Origin: Pachysolen tannophilus NRRL Y-2460
Taxonomy: Eukaryota
DNA: 64,000 nt
NCBI GenBank assembly: GCA_001661245.1
Contig: KV454014.1
Location: 351,559 to 415,558, forward strand
Direction of reading: 5' to 3'
How positions within the stretch are numbered: the first letter of the stretch is position 1; each line of letters begins with the position of its first letter. Made by a program: the position numbers and the translations under genes. The notes under the pieces are model-generated. The model had not been told where the DNA came from, did no database searches, and was given only the letters and a program-made list of their open reading frames with translations. This document shows positions 1 to 11,020 of this stretch, piece after piece.

Positions 1-358
1 TAGCCAACCCATCAACCAATTCAGGAGATATCTCACCTGTTGGACAAGGTCTTTCTTTACCAATAGAAGAGGTACCGCCAACACCAATATTATTAGAATC
101 ATTATTATTATTAACACCAGTATTAACACCACGAACCAAGTACCAGGGCAAATCTGACCGCTTCCAAGAGTGCTTAAAATCTATATCAGGGAACTCCAAC
201 GAAACAAAATCCTCATTCTCACTCAGAGAAACCAACAAGTACGTCCTCAAAGACAAAGCAGCTGCAATAGCAGGCTTATTATAAACAGCAGCATGTTCAC
301 CAAAGATAATAACTTTACCTGGAGCAGATGTCAAAAACGGAGTCTGAATAAATACCAT
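1..358 (-). CDS. ERG12: Mevalonate kinase, 5' part (runs off the left edge of the window; missing from the ORF track)
   Basis: Manual minus-strand translation from the ATG at 358 gives MVFIQTPFLTSAPGKVIIFGEHAAVYNKPAIAAALSLRTYLLVS. This is the GHMP-kinase N-terminal motif SAPGKVIIFGEH typical of Erg12. The frame is open to position 1. Confidence 0.93.
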   Translation of the reverse strand, partial: MVFIQTPFLTSAPGKVIIFGEHAAVYNKPAIAAALSLRTYLLVSLSENEDFVSLEFPDIDFKHSWKRSDLPWYLVRGVNTGVNNNNDSNNIGVGGTSSIGKERPCPTGEISPELVDGLA

Positions 359-1136
359 GACAAAAAAACTTTTCCTTTCTCTTTCTCTATATATATATAA
401 AACAAACCAAATGATTACAAAACTTTTCTTCCTCTTTTTTTTTGTTTCTTCTCTTCTAAACTTTCACCGTTCTATTCTCTAACTTTTTTTTTTTATATTT
501 TTTTTACTTTTTTTTTGTTTTTAAAGATTTAATAATAATAATAAAAAAAAAAAAAAAAAATTCAAAAACTAGTTAAATTGCTAATCAATATGAATAGTTC
601 ATCTAGATATCTAGCCCTTTTTCTTTTATATATATATATGTAGATATAGATATACCAATAAGCGAGTGTTGATTGGAAACTAATGAAATATCGTTTTGAT
701 CTAATTATTATTTAAATAAATAAATTATAATTGACCCCCTTTGTTCTCTCTCGTTCATCACTAAAAACGAGATTCGCACATCAACATATATATAAAAGAA
801 AGTAGTGACTGAGAACACAACAAAACTGAATATGGAAACATAATATGTTATTACACGACTATTACTTAAATGTTTTATAAAGTAGTGCATTAGACACACA
901 AGAGTCCCAATCCAAATATTTGGGTTTGTAAAACACTACTTTAATAGTTTTTTTTAAAAGAGTAGTGTTTATAAAACACAAATAACTTGATTCAGTAGTT
1001 TGTGCTCTAACGACACGTCTTTTGTTTTTGCTAACAAAAATTTTTTTTTTTCGCGAATTTTTTTAAATTTTTTAAATTTTTTTTTTTTTTCTGTTTTTCC
1101 ACTCTAGTGCAAGGGCCTTGCTCTCTTTTACTATAT

Positions 1137-1178
1137 AAAATTTTTCACTCTCTGGGGCAGAGAATAAGAAGAGATGAG
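1137..1178 (+). promoter_or_regulatory. RRPE (AAAATTTTTCA, 1137-1147) and PAC-like (GAGATGAG, 1171-1178) elements upstream of YTM1
   Basis: Both motifs are read directly 60-100 bp upstream of a ribosome-biogenesis gene, in the usual RRPE-then-PAC order. Confidence 0.7.
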
Positions 1179-1237
1179 GTATTAAAATAGTAAAATCGTA
1201 AAATAGATTCAAAGTTGATAGAATTTATGAATGGAAT

Positions 1238-2665
1238 ATGTCTGAAAAGTCTTTGGATAAGTCACAGATAAAAATCCGGTTTTTTACTCGAGATGAGGAT
1301 GAGACGTTACGAGTTTCTGAGAATCCATTATTTGTACCAGTTTCATTAAAGAGATTTGGGTTATCAGAAGTTGTTAATCATTTATTGGGGAATGATTTAA
1401 AACAAATTCCATTTGATTTTTTAATAGAAGGAGATTTATTGAAAAGTTCAATAGAAGAGTATTTGACGGTGAAAGGTCTTTCTTCAGAAACTTTTTTATC
1501 TTTGGAATATACTAGGTCAGTATTACCTCCATCATTTTTAGGTTCTTTTAGTAATGAAGATTGGGTTTCTTCAATAGATTTATTACCAACTATGGAAACT
1601 GTGAATAAAATTTCAAGTGCAGCAAAAATTGTATCAGGATCTTATGATGGTATTGTAAGGCTTTATAATTTAAGTGGTCATGTTGAAAAACAATTTGTTG
1701 GTCATTCAGGTCAGATTAAAGCAGTAAAATTTATTTCTCCTACAAGAATTTTAAGTGCTGGTAATGATAGACAAATTAGATTATGGAAATCTAAATTGAG
1801 TGGTAATACTCATAACCACTTGCAAAAAGAAAATTTAAATTTAGAATTAGAATTAGAAGAAGAAGAAGATGAAGAAAATATTGAAGATGGAACTACTTTG
1901 GCTATATTAGAAGGTCATAAAGCACCTGTTGTTTCATTAGATGTTAATTCAAAAACAAATAGAATATTATCTGCAAGTTATGATAAGGCAATTGGTGTGT
2001 GGTCAACAAGACATAAGGAAATGACATTGGTTGAAGCAATTCAATCAAATAATCTTTCAACTCAATCAAGGAAAAGACAAAAATTGGCATTAAAAGATTC
2101 TTCGATACCGAGAAAATCACCATTATCATTTTTAGAAGGTCACTCATCTCCAGTAGAAGGTGTGATTTTTAATCCAAATGATTCAACTGTTGGATACTCA
2201 TGCTCACAAGATCATACGATAAAAACTTGGGACTTGGTAACATCAAGATGTGTTGATACAAGAACAACTTCATATTCGTTATTATCAATAACTTGCTTAT
2301 CAAAATTAAATTTAATTCTTTGTGGATCTTCTGCAAGACATATAACTCAACATGATCCAAGAATTAATTCTAATGTTTCATCAAATCATCAACTTGTTGG
2401 TCATTCGAATTTTGTAGTAAGCTTGGATCCTTCTCCAAATAATGATTACATGTTTTCATCAGCTTCTCATGATGGAACAGTAAAAGTTTGGGATGTTAGA
2501 GCAAATAAGGCAATGTATACAATTTTTAGAGAAAATGATAATATCAAAGAAACTAAAAGAAAAAATAAAGTATTTGCCGTTCGTTGGGATAACGAAATTG
2601 GAATTGTTAGTGGTGGTGATGATAAGAAAATTCAAATTAATAAAGGTAGCGATATTGCCAAATAA
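1238..2665 (+). CDS. YTM1: Ribosome biogenesis WD40 protein Ytm1/WDR12 (PeBoW/Nop7 complex)
   Basis: N-terminal NLE/UBL domain (VPVSLKRFGLSEVVNHLL, PFDFLI, LEYTRSVLPPSF), followed by WD40 repeats (SQDHTIKTWDL, SHDGTVKVWDVR). Confidence 0.95.
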   Translation: MSEKSLDKSQIKIRFFTRDEDETLRVSENPLFVPVSLKRFGLSEVVNHLLGNDLKQIPFDFLIEGDLLKSSIEEYLTVKGLSSETFLSLEYTRSVLPPSFLGSFSNEDWVSSIDLLPTMETVNKISSAAKIVSGSYDGIVRLYNLSGHVEKQFVGHSGQIKAVKFISPTRILSAGNDRQIRLWKSKLSGNTHNHLQKENLNLELELEEEEDEENIEDGTTLAILEGHKAPVVSLDVNSKTNRILSASYDKAIGVWSTRHKEMTLVEAIQSNNLSTQSRKRQKLALKDSSIPRKSPLSFLEGHSSPVEGVIFNPNDSTVGYSCSQDHTIKTWDLVTSRCVDTRTTSYSLLSITCLSKLNLILCGSSARHITQHDPRINSNVSSNHQLVGHSNFVVSLDPSPNNDYMFSSASHDGTVKVWDVRANKAMYTIFRENDNIKETKRKNKVFAVRWDNEIGIVSGGDDKKIQINKGSDIAK

Positions 2666-2773
2666 TTTACATTTTTGTATAAGAATAATAAAATTAATTA
2701 AAAAGAGACGCAATATATATATATATATATAAAACAATTGAAAAAAATAGAAATTTGCAAAAAGAAAGCTACT

Positions 2774-4078
2774 TTATTTTTTCATTTCACAGGCAAACAT
2801 ACTGACTCCATATTGACCTTGCCACATTCCTTTTAAATCTGTCAAGTATCCCAATAATTCAGGTTTTAATGATTCATCTATACATTCCCATCCATAAGAT
2901 TTTCTTAAATCTTGTATTTCTTGTAAATTTAGTTCAACTTTTGGCAGTGTACCATATTTTAAAGGACCAATATTAATCCAAATTTTTTTACCTTTAATTG
3001 GAGAAACAATTTTATCCATTGTATCTAAATAATCAATAATATTTTCTGCAGTATCCATAAAGAAAACAGTAACAATTACAATATTATCATATTCATCATC
3101 ATTTTTTAAAATAAAATTATTAAAATTTTCATTTGAAATTTTTAAATTTAAAGGTTTTGATGATAATTGATTAAATTCTATTGACCTTATTTGATTTTCT
3201 GTAGTTAAATGATTTGAATATGTATGAATATATGGGAAAAGTTGATATTTTTTAGGTTTATAATTATTTTTAAAATTATTATTAAGATTTGAATAAACAA
3301 ATTCATTAAATAAAAACATCAATGAAGAAAATTCAATTGAATTAACCATTTTAAAATTTTTATTAATATTATCCTTTCCACCCATTATTGCAATTTCATG
3401 AGATATTCTACCTAATCCACTTCCTGGAACAATAACACATGTTTTAGATCTTTGTTCAACAGTTAATATTTTTTCAAGAATTTTTTGAATATATAGAATT
3501 ATTGGTTTAATTTCAACATCTCCTAAATTAGACCAATCTCTTGTATAATGACATAAACATTCAATAACTTTATAATTTTCATTTGGAATATTAATTGAAG
3601 AAGAATAAAATTTTTTTAAAGAAATATTATGATTAATCATTGAAAATTTAACTAAATCTTTAATTAATTCATTATTTTTTTCAATACACTTATCAACTTT
3701 ATCTATCTTATCCAAATACCCAGTTTTAAAGACTAAACGTTGTTGCCTTGTAGATAATTGTCTAAAATTTTTCTTTTTATTATTATTCCAATTTCTTGTC
3801 TTTGATTCATAACTATTTAATGACTTCAAAGATTTAAGTAATTCCTCTTCACTTCTTGAAACAATATCAACCCTTGATATGGACCCAAAAACCCGTGATT
3901 TGAAAAATTTGTATATCCCAGTATTGTAAAAAATCGACATGCTCATAATCGTCATTAACGTCAATGGTATCTTGGAATTGGGGAAATTAGATTGAAGCAA
4001 AACATATATTAATAGAGCTATAGAAATCCTGGTCAAAATGTGATTAAGCTCTTTTGAATTCTCCACCGATAAACTCAT
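2774..4078 (-). CDS. N2227-like (carnosine N-methyltransferase family) SAM-dependent methyltransferase with N-terminal hydrophobic segments, YMR209C-like
   Basis: Motifs HYTRDWS, VIVPGSGLGRISHEIA, VTVFFMDTAENI, WINIGPLKYG. The first ATG is at 4078; the ORF-track start is TTG. Confidence 0.8.
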   Translation of the reverse strand: MSLSVENSKELNHILTRISIALLIYVLLQSNFPNSKIPLTLMTIMSMSIFYNTGIYKFFKSRVFGSISRVDIVSRSEEELLKSLKSLNSYESKTRNWNNNKKKNFRQLSTRQQRLVFKTGYLDKIDKVDKCIEKNNELIKDLVKFSMINHNISLKKFYSSSINIPNENYKVIECLCHYTRDWSNLGDVEIKPIILYIQKILEKILTVEQRSKTCVIVPGSGLGRISHEIAIMGGKDNINKNFKMVNSIEFSSLMFLFNEFVYSNLNNNFKNNYKPKKYQLFPYIHTYSNHLTTENQIRSIEFNQLSSKPLNLKISNENFNNFILKNDDEYDNIVIVTVFFMDTAENIIDYLDTMDKIVSPIKGKKIWINIGPLKYGTLPKVELNLQEIQDLRKSYGWECIDESLKPELLGYLTDLKGMWQGQYGVSMFACEMKK

Positions 4079-4292
4079 AATACCAATAAGCAAAAAAACA
4101 CAACCAACCCCACAAAGCTATCTCACACAACACCTATCAACTTATCTAGTTACCAATATATATTTATGACGTTGTCGGTGGTTCTTAAATCACAACCAAC
4201 CAAAAACACTAAAGAAACTAAAAAGACTGAAAAATATCACCAAAACTAGTAATTAAGCAATAATTACCGTATCTAGAAGTCAATCAAAACGG

Positions 4293-4308
4293 TTTCCTAA
4301 TTAGGAAA
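4293..4308. promoter_or_regulatory. Perfect palindromic Mcm1 (MADS-box) site TTTCCTAATTAGGAAA in a divergent promoter
   Basis: 16-bp perfect palindrome with a CC(A/T)6GG core, identical to the idealised Mcm1 P-box. Confidence 0.7.
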
Positions 4309-4472
4309 TTTTGTTGCTCTTTTTTAATTTTTTAATTTTTTTTTTTTTTTTTTGTTTCTCTCAGCGACAGAGCAGTTTTTTGGACGTATAGGCAGGCTGC
4401 TGGCCCATAAAGATTGAATTATAATATAAATTATAATTATATATAATTTTATATTGTAATTTTATTTTGATA

Positions 4473-4504
4473 TCATCTATTGGTAATCATCTATTGGTAA
4501 TCAT
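4473..4504 (+). repeat. 14-bp tandem duplication (TCATCTATTGGTAA x2) just upstream of the PCF11 ATG
   Basis: Read directly. Each unit contains ATTGG (inverted CCAAT). Confidence 0.8.
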
Positions 4505-4509
4505 TGAGA

Positions 4510-6576
4510 ATGACAGATGATGATGATTTAGTAGCTAATTATGTTGCGAATTTAGAAGATTTGAAGTTTAATTCGAGGTATATTATTAATAATTTGACTA
4601 CAATAGCAAGTGAGAATATTGATCATGCTGATGAGATTGTTAAATGTATTGAGACTAGAATATTGAAAGCTTTACCTGAATATAAATTATATTCTTTTTA
4701 TTTGTTAGATTCTGTTTCTAAGAATGTTGGGAATCCTTATAATGTATTATTTGGTTCAAAGATTTATAATTTATTTATTAAAACTTATTCATTAGTATCT
4801 GATCCTATTAGAATTAAATTAATTTCTCTTTTTAAGACATGGAAGTTTACAACCACAAATAGTGGGTTACCTCTTTTCCCACAAGAGGAGATTGATAAGA
4901 TTGAACAATTTTTAATAAGAGTAACGGCAAATAATGCAAAACAAATTACACAACAAGGATTATTAAAAAATTTAGATGAAATTATTGCAATGGTAAATTA
5001 TAGAAAATCTATTGCTCCTCCAATGGATCAATTAAAAATTATTGAAAAATTGAGTGCATTAAATGATTTAAGAAAAATTTTTGCCTTATCAAAAATGACT
5101 AAAGATGAATTATTAGTTGCTAAAGAATCTTTGGATAAAAATAGATTGGATGAAAATGAAAAATTGAAAATATTACAACAACAACGTCAACAAATACTTT
5201 CACCTTTGAATCAAAATATCCCACTTGTGCCTCAACAGCAACCATTACAGCAACAACATCAACCATTACAACCACCACAACAACAACAAGCACAACAACT
5301 TAATACAAGTCAACTATCTAGCATTTTGGGTAATATTAAGCTAAACCCTTCGGTTCTTTCCAATATCAATGATTCTGGAAATGGTTCAAGTAATCCATTA
5401 GGGTTTTCACACAATTTGAGCAGCTTAAGTAATTTATTAACAAAAAATAATAATACGAATAATACAAATAATACTTTAAATAGTAATGTAGAAAACTTAT
5501 TTAGTTCACTTAAAAAGTCTGGTTTGTTAAATAAATTACCACCACAGGAATCAAGGAATGAAAAACAACAACAACCTTTAGTTAAAATCACTTCACCAGA
5601 CGTTTTAAGAGACATTTTAAGTACAGTTAAAGCAGCATCATCCACAATAACAACAACAACAACAGCATCAGTTTCAACAGCCCTACAGAATAAATCAAAA
5701 GAAGAAATTTTGAAAAATTATTCTTTAAAACAAGAAGATATTGATAAACCATTACAACAGGAATTAGTTTATTTATTATACGATTATAATGCGAAAAAAT
5801 GTGGTACTTGTGGGAAAAGATTTCCCTCTAATCAAGAAGAGACTTTATCAAAGCATTTGGATTGGCATTTTAGAAACAATATTAAATTGAAAGCTATCAA
5901 TTTAAATTCAAAATCAATTCAATCAAGGTCTTATTATATGGATAGTTTAAATTTCATTAATTTTAAGGAATCTTATGAAAATGGTGATATCGCTGATAAC
6001 ACTAATAATAACACTAATGACAATGCTAAAGTTAATAACAGTAGTAGTAATAATAATAATAATGATAATAATAATAATAGTAGCAAGGATAGCAATAACA
6101 ATAGTACTACTAGTATGAATACAGATAATAGGAGTTCTCCAGTTTCAACAAGAGGTGGAGCAGGAAGTAACAATAAAAAAACTTCCAATGTACAATCATC
6201 TTCTGGAGTTTCTGGGACCTCGGAATCAGCTGAAGATTCTTCTTCTCATTACGTAATAGTCCCATCTGACAATACCTCGATGAAGACTACTTGTAACATT
6301 TGCAAAGAGACTTTAAACGGTAAATATAACGATGACCTAGGAGAATGGATCTGGGAAGATTGTATTTCGAAAAATAGAAAAATTTATCACTGGAGTTGTT
6401 ACCAAGAAACTTTAGCAAATACAAGTAATAGTAGTTTAAAAAGAAAAAGAGAAGAAGAAGAAAATTCTAACTCAAATAATGTCATTAATATCGATTTCTC
6501 AAGATTGAATGGTATATTTAATAGTGGCAATAGTGCCGGTGAAGAAGGTTTCAAAGCTAAAAGAGAAAAAATTTGA
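4510..6576 (+). CDS. PCF11: mRNA cleavage factor IA subunit Pcf11
   Basis: CID domain (LKFNSRYIINNLT, KLYSFYLLDSVSKNVG), zinc-binding CGTCGKRF...HLDWHF, Clp1-binding QSRSYY, C-terminal CNICKE...YHWSC. First ATG at 4510. Confidence 0.93.
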   Translation: MTDDDDLVANYVANLEDLKFNSRYIINNLTTIASENIDHADEIVKCIETRILKALPEYKLYSFYLLDSVSKNVGNPYNVLFGSKIYNLFIKTYSLVSDPIRIKLISLFKTWKFTTTNSGLPLFPQEEIDKIEQFLIRVTANNAKQITQQGLLKNLDEIIAMVNYRKSIAPPMDQLKIIEKLSALNDLRKIFALSKMTKDELLVAKESLDKNRLDENEKLKILQQQRQQILSPLNQNIPLVPQQQPLQQQHQPLQPPQQQQAQQLNTSQLSSILGNIKLNPSVLSNINDSGNGSSNPLGFSHNLSSLSNLLTKNNNTNNTNNTLNSNVENLFSSLKKSGLLNKLPPQESRNEKQQQPLVKITSPDVLRDILSTVKAASSTITTTTTASVSTALQNKSKEEILKNYSLKQEDIDKPLQQELVYLLYDYNAKKCGTCGKRFPSNQEETLSKHLDWHFRNNIKLKAINLNSKSIQSRSYYMDSLNFINFKESYENGDIADNTNNNTNDNAKVNNSSSNNNNNDNNNNSSKDSNNNSTTSMNTDNRSSPVSTRGGAGSNNKKTSNVQSSSGVSGTSESAEDSSSHYVIVPSDNTSMKTTCNICKETLNGKYNDDLGEWIWEDCISKNRKIYHWSCYQETLANTSNSSLKRKREEEENSNSNNVINIDFSRLNGIFNSGNSAGEEGFKAKREKI

Positions 6577-6831
6577 AAAAAATAGCTGATGAAATACATA
6601 GATTAATAAATAAACTATAGATTTTATAATAGCTTCAGAATTATATATAATCTCAATTTCAATAATATATATCTAATAATTCAGATAAACATAAAACGTA
6701 GCTAACTCTTGTATTCTTTCAGTCGTGCCATATATATAGCGACTGTAAAAAATATTTCTGAAATTAATTCTTTTTAATTAATCATCACCAACTATAAATT
6801 GTTAATAATAATATTTATAATTTTGTTCCAT

Positions 6832-7431
6832 ATGTCAAGAATTATAGCAATTGGCACTGATTTGGTGTTTAAACCACGATTTGAACTGATCTTATTGAGA
6901 ACACTTATAAAACAAAAAATCAATGCCAATAATTCATCAAGTTCTAATCAGCACATTTTAAGGTTTTCAAGTAGAATCTTACATCCATTGCAAGAACTTC
7001 CAATTTTCTTGAAATATTACAATGGAATACAAAACTTTATAGTATCACCCTCAGCAGTTGCTTCTCAGGGAGGCTTTACTAATAGTGCTATGATTAAAAT
7101 GCTTTCTTCGTTGAATGCTAACATGGATAATGAATTTGTAAGATCAATTGAACAGATGCGTGAAGATACTAATTTTAAACACTGTGTGAGTTTACTATCG
7201 ACTAGTTGGTGTTTAAAAGAAGCTTTATATAAAGTGTTGGATCCAAATTTTCAAAAATCTGGATTTAATTTTAAAGATTGGTACAAAATAAATGATTTAG
7301 ACACAGGAAAGCCAATACTAATAGGAGAAACGTATACATCGAAGCATGCAAACGAAGAATTTTTGATTAGTTTGAGCCACGATGGTGACTATGTATACTC
7401 TGTTGTATTGAGGCAGAAATATAATTTGTAA
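6832..7431 (+). CDS. PPT2: Mitochondrial holo-ACP synthase (AcpS-type 4'-phosphopantetheinyl transferase)
   Basis: IAIGTDLV, WCLKEALYK, GKP and ISLSHDGDY motifs. First ATG at 6832. Confidence 0.85.
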   Translation: MSRIIAIGTDLVFKPRFELILLRTLIKQKINANNSSSSNQHILRFSSRILHPLQELPIFLKYYNGIQNFIVSPSAVASQGGFTNSAMIKMLSSLNANMDNEFVRSIEQMREDTNFKHCVSLLSTSWCLKEALYKVLDPNFQKSGFNFKDWYKINDLDTGKPILIGETYTSKHANEEFLISLSHDGDYVYSVVLRQKYNL

Positions 7432-7608
7432 ATAATTTTGATTTAAAGGTAGCATAAAGGTTTATAACAGAATATCATTAATTAATAAATTAAAAGAAAA
7501 AATTAGATAGATAAATTCTAAAAAATCAAGTATAAAAAACCCATTTAGAAGAAAGAGAAAAAAAATACAAAAACAAAAAAAAAAGGAAGAAAAAAAAAAC
7601 TAAAAGAT

Positions 7609-9198
7609 TTATTCCCACTCAACAGTAGCAGGAGGTTTTGAAGTGATATCATATGTGACTCTAGCAACACCATCGACCTCGTTAACGATTCTTGATGCAA
7701 CTTTTTTCAAGAATTTTGCTTCAAAGACAAACCAATCAGCAGTCATGAAATCAGTTGTTTCTATAGCTCTTAATGCAATAACTTGTTCGTAAGTTCTTTG
7801 ATCTCCCATGACACCAACAGATTTTACTGGTAACAAGGCAGCAAATGCTTGTGATATTTGTCTGTACAATCCTGCTTTCTTTATTTCTTCAATAAATATA
7901 TAATCAGCTTCTCTTGCTATCTTGACTTGTTCAGGTGTAACTTCACCAAGAACTCTAATGGCTATACCTGGGCCTGGGAAAGGATGTCTCCAAACTAAAT
8001 CTTCTGGAATGTTCAAGATTTCACCTAAATGACGTACTTCATCTTTAAATAATTCTCTTAATGGTTCAATTAATTTAAGTTTCATATTTTCAGATAAACC
8101 ACCAACATTATGATGTGTCTTTATAGTTTGGGATGGTCCTTTAAAAGATATTGATTCAATGACATCAGGGTATAATGTTCCTTGTAATAAGAATTCAATA
8201 TCTGAACCATCTTTAGTCTTAATCTTTGATGCAACATCTTCAAAAACATCTATAAATGTATTACCTATAATTTTTCTTTTCTTTTCAGGATCTGTAATAC
8301 CTTTTAATTTACTTAAAAAGATATCACCTGCATCAACAACAGTCAAATTAATACCTAAACCTTCATCTAAAGTTTTCTTGACAGTTACTGTTTCATTTTT
8401 ACGCATAACACCATTATCAACATAAATTGCATGGAATCTATCACCAATGGCTTCAGTCATTAATTTTGCAGCTACAGTAGAATCAACACCTCCAGAAACG
8501 GCACCAATAACCTCTGCAGTTTCACCAACAAGTTTACGAATTCTTTTTATTTCAGTTTCAATAAAATTTTCCATTGTCCAATTTTGAGAAACTTTACAAA
8601 TATTAACTGCAAAATTTTTTAATAAATTTTTACCTTTTATAGTATGTGTTACTTCAGGATGGAATTGAATACCATAAATTTGCTTTGATTCATCAGCAAT
8701 AGCTGCAAAAGGTGAATTATCCGAAGTTGCAACTGTTTTAAAACCAACAGGTAAAGATTGTAATTTATCACCATGAGACATCCAAACTTGAGAATGATCA
8801 ACATCTTTAAATAAAGCACAACTTTGATCTTCAACGTTTAAAGTAGCAGGACCATATTCTCTCTTATCACCTCTTCCAACACCTTTACCATTAATCCAAG
8901 CCAATTCTTGCATTCCATAACAAATACCTAATATTGGAACTCCTAATTTAAAAATATCATGATCAACATGAGGTGAACCATCTTGATATACAGAGTAAGG
9001 ACCACCAGAAAGAATAACTCCTGCAGGTTTCCAAGAAAGTTCAGAGATCACCTGAGTACATGGGAGCATCTCAGCATAAACGTTAAATTCTCTAAGTCTT
9101 CTAATAATCAAATGTGAATATTGAGATCCAAAATCCAAGACTAAAATAGTCTGAAAAACGCTTGGAACTTGTCCAACTTCAGAAAGTGATGATGCCAT
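7609..9198 (-). CDS. GUA1: GMP synthase (glutamine-hydrolysing)
   Basis: [34 protein letters not shown]-terminal KPPATVEWE. First ATG at 9198. Confidence 0.98.
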   Translation of the reverse strand: MASSLSEVGQVPSVFQTILVLDFGSQYSHLIIRRLREFNVYAEMLPCTQVISELSWKPAGVILSGGPYSVYQDGSPHVDHDIFKLGVPILGICYGMQELAWINGKGVGRGDKREYGPATLNVEDQSCALFKDVDHSQVWMSHGDKLQSLPVGFKTVATSDNSPFAAIADESKQIYGIQFHPEVTHTIKGKNLLKNFAVNICKVSQNWTMENFIETEIKRIRKLVGETAEVIGAVSGGVDSTVAAKLMTEAIGDRFHAIYVDNGVMRKNETVTVKKTLDEGLGINLTVVDAGDIFLSKLKGITDPEKKRKIIGNTFIDVFEDVASKIKTKDGSDIEFLLQGTLYPDVIESISFKGPSQTIKTHHNVGGLSENMKLKLIEPLRELFKDEVRHLGEILNIPEDLVWRHPFPGPGIAIRVLGEVTPEQVKIAREADYIFIEEIKKAGLYRQISQAFAALLPVKSVGVMGDQRTYEQVIALRAIETTDFMTADWFVFEAKFLKKVASRIVNEVDGVARVTYDITSKPPATVEWE

Positions 9199-9340
9199 AT
9201 CCAAAAAAAAAAAAAAAAAAACCAAACAAACTTGATCCTATTTCCAACTTAAAACTTTGAACTGTTAACTGAGAGAGTTGAAATAACTTTTCAATTTAAA
9301 ATCTTGTTATAAATTTTCATTCCATCCTTGGTGAGAGAAC

Positions 9341-9351
9341 TGAAAAATTTT
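9341..9351. promoter_or_regulatory. RRPE element TGAAAAATTTT upstream of GUA1
   Basis: Exact consensus match about 145 bp upstream of a growth-regulated gene. Confidence 0.55.
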
Positions 9352-9589
9352 TTTGTACATTAAATTTTTACCGCAAACGCAATTATGGAACCGCCCCAGC
9401 TACAAAAAAAACATCGAGGGCGCTAAAGCCAATTAACCACATCTTTGCCGCCCCTGATATAACTTTTTTTTCATTTTTTACACAGCCCCTGATAATTGTT
9501 TGTTTCAGAAAGCCTTTCGACTCACTACCTTTTTTTTCTCTTTTTTTTTCTCTTTTTTTATCTTGAAACAAAGGACAAAATACCTATGA

Positions 9590-9617
9590 AGACAAGACAA
9601 GACAAGACAAGACAAGA
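9590..9617 (+). repeat. (AGACA)n pentanucleotide microsatellite upstream of RAM2
   Basis: About 5 copies read directly. Confidence 0.8.
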
Positions 9618-9649
9618 AATTTGAAAAATAAGTAAATGATTAATAGGAC

Positions 9650-10609
9650 ATGATGGAGATGGATGATTTTTCATGGGATGACATTGAGCCATGTGAAATT
9701 AGTAGCGCCGGCACTTCTGGGGTTGAAATATGCAATATTCAATATTCTGATGAGTATAAACTTGTTATGGGATATTTGATTAAGTTAATGTCATTAAAAG
9801 AATATAGTGAAAGAGCGTTAATACTTACTGATCAAGTTATAAAACTTGTACCTCTGCATTATACTATTTGGCAATATAGGTTTGATATAATTAAATTTTT
9901 AAAGAAAGATATTTTAAAAGAATTAGAATGGTGTGAAAGAGTTGCATTAGAAAATCAAAAAAATTATCAAATTTGGCATTATAGACAATTATTAATTGAA
10001 TTATATATTAATAATAATGGTAAATTTAAACCTGAATTTGAATATCCATTAATTGATACCATGATTGGTGAAGATAATAAAAATTATCATGTTTGGGCAT
10101 ATAGAAAATGGTTAGTTGAAAAATTTAATTTATATCTGGATCAAAGAGAAATTTTTTTCATTAATGAAATGTTAACAAAAGATATTAGAAATAATTCTGC
10201 ATGGAATCATAGATTTTTCATTTTTTTTAATAATAATAATAAAGAAATTACTAAAAATTTAATTAAACAAGAAATTGAATTTACTAAAAATGCAATTGAT
10301 TTAGCTCCACAAAATCCATCACCTTGGAATTATTTATTAGGAATATATGAAAATGAAAAATTTAATTTAAATTTAAAAGATTTAGAACCATTTTTATTAA
10401 AATATTCTAATATTGAAGAAGAATTAAATGATGGGAAAATAGAACCTTTAATAATATCTACATTTTCATTAGAAATATTAGCTAAAATTTATCAATTAAA
10501 TAATTTATCAGAAAAATCTATTAAAATTTATAATTTATTAGCTGATAAGTACGATCCGATTAGGAAAAACTATTGGCACTATAAAAGAGATAATCTAATC
10601 TCTATATAG
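9650..10609 (+). CDS. RAM2: Protein farnesyltransferase/GGTase-I alpha subunit
   Basis: PPTA repeats: HYTIWQYR, KNYQIWHYR, KNYHVWAYRKW, RNNSAWNHR, PQNPSPWNYL; C-terminal YDPIRKNYW. Confidence 0.95.
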   Translation: MMEMDDFSWDDIEPCEISSAGTSGVEICNIQYSDEYKLVMGYLIKLMSLKEYSERALILTDQVIKLVPLHYTIWQYRFDIIKFLKKDILKELEWCERVALENQKNYQIWHYRQLLIELYINNNGKFKPEFEYPLIDTMIGEDNKNYHVWAYRKWLVEKFNLYLDQREIFFINEMLTKDIRNNSAWNHRFFIFFNNNNKEITKNLIKQEIEFTKNAIDLAPQNPSPWNYLLGIYENEKFNLNLKDLEPFLLKYSNIEEELNDGKIEPLIISTFSLEILAKIYQLNNLSEKSIKIYNLLADKYDPIRKNYWHYKRDNLISI

Positions 10610-10900
10610 TTCAGTTACTTTTATTTTTTTTTTTTTTCATTCTATTTTCATTTTCATTTTTATTTATTTATATTTAATTTTAAAATGATATCATAACATT
10701 CTCTAACATCATTCTTATTACTTTACTGCTTTTTAAATTCCTTTGTTTCCTCCAGGTTAAACAAAATCAGAAAAAAAAAAACAAATTAAATTTTTTTGTT
10801 GAATTTTCCCCAACAAAAAAAGCAAAAAATAAAAAAAAAAACTGAATTTTTAAAGTATTCACACTACTTGAATATAACAAGAGATGAGATTAGTAAATTG

Positions 10901-11020
10901 TAACAGCGGTTAACTAAATTTAAAAAAGAAATAAAGAAAAATATATATATATAACAAGATATTTAAAACCGCGGTTAGTCTTATATAACGGCGGTTAGTA
11001 AATTTTTAATGGCGGTTAGC
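10901..11020 (+). promoter_or_regulatory. Four copies of GCGGTTA (context AAnnGCGGTTA) upstream of FAD2
   Basis: Copies at 10906, 10971, 10991 and 11012, all in the same orientation within otherwise AT-rich DNA. Confidence 0.6.

Noticed and set aside
170..400. 76-aa plus-strand ORF
   Set aside because: Antisense shadow of ERG12, which is encoded on the minus strand.
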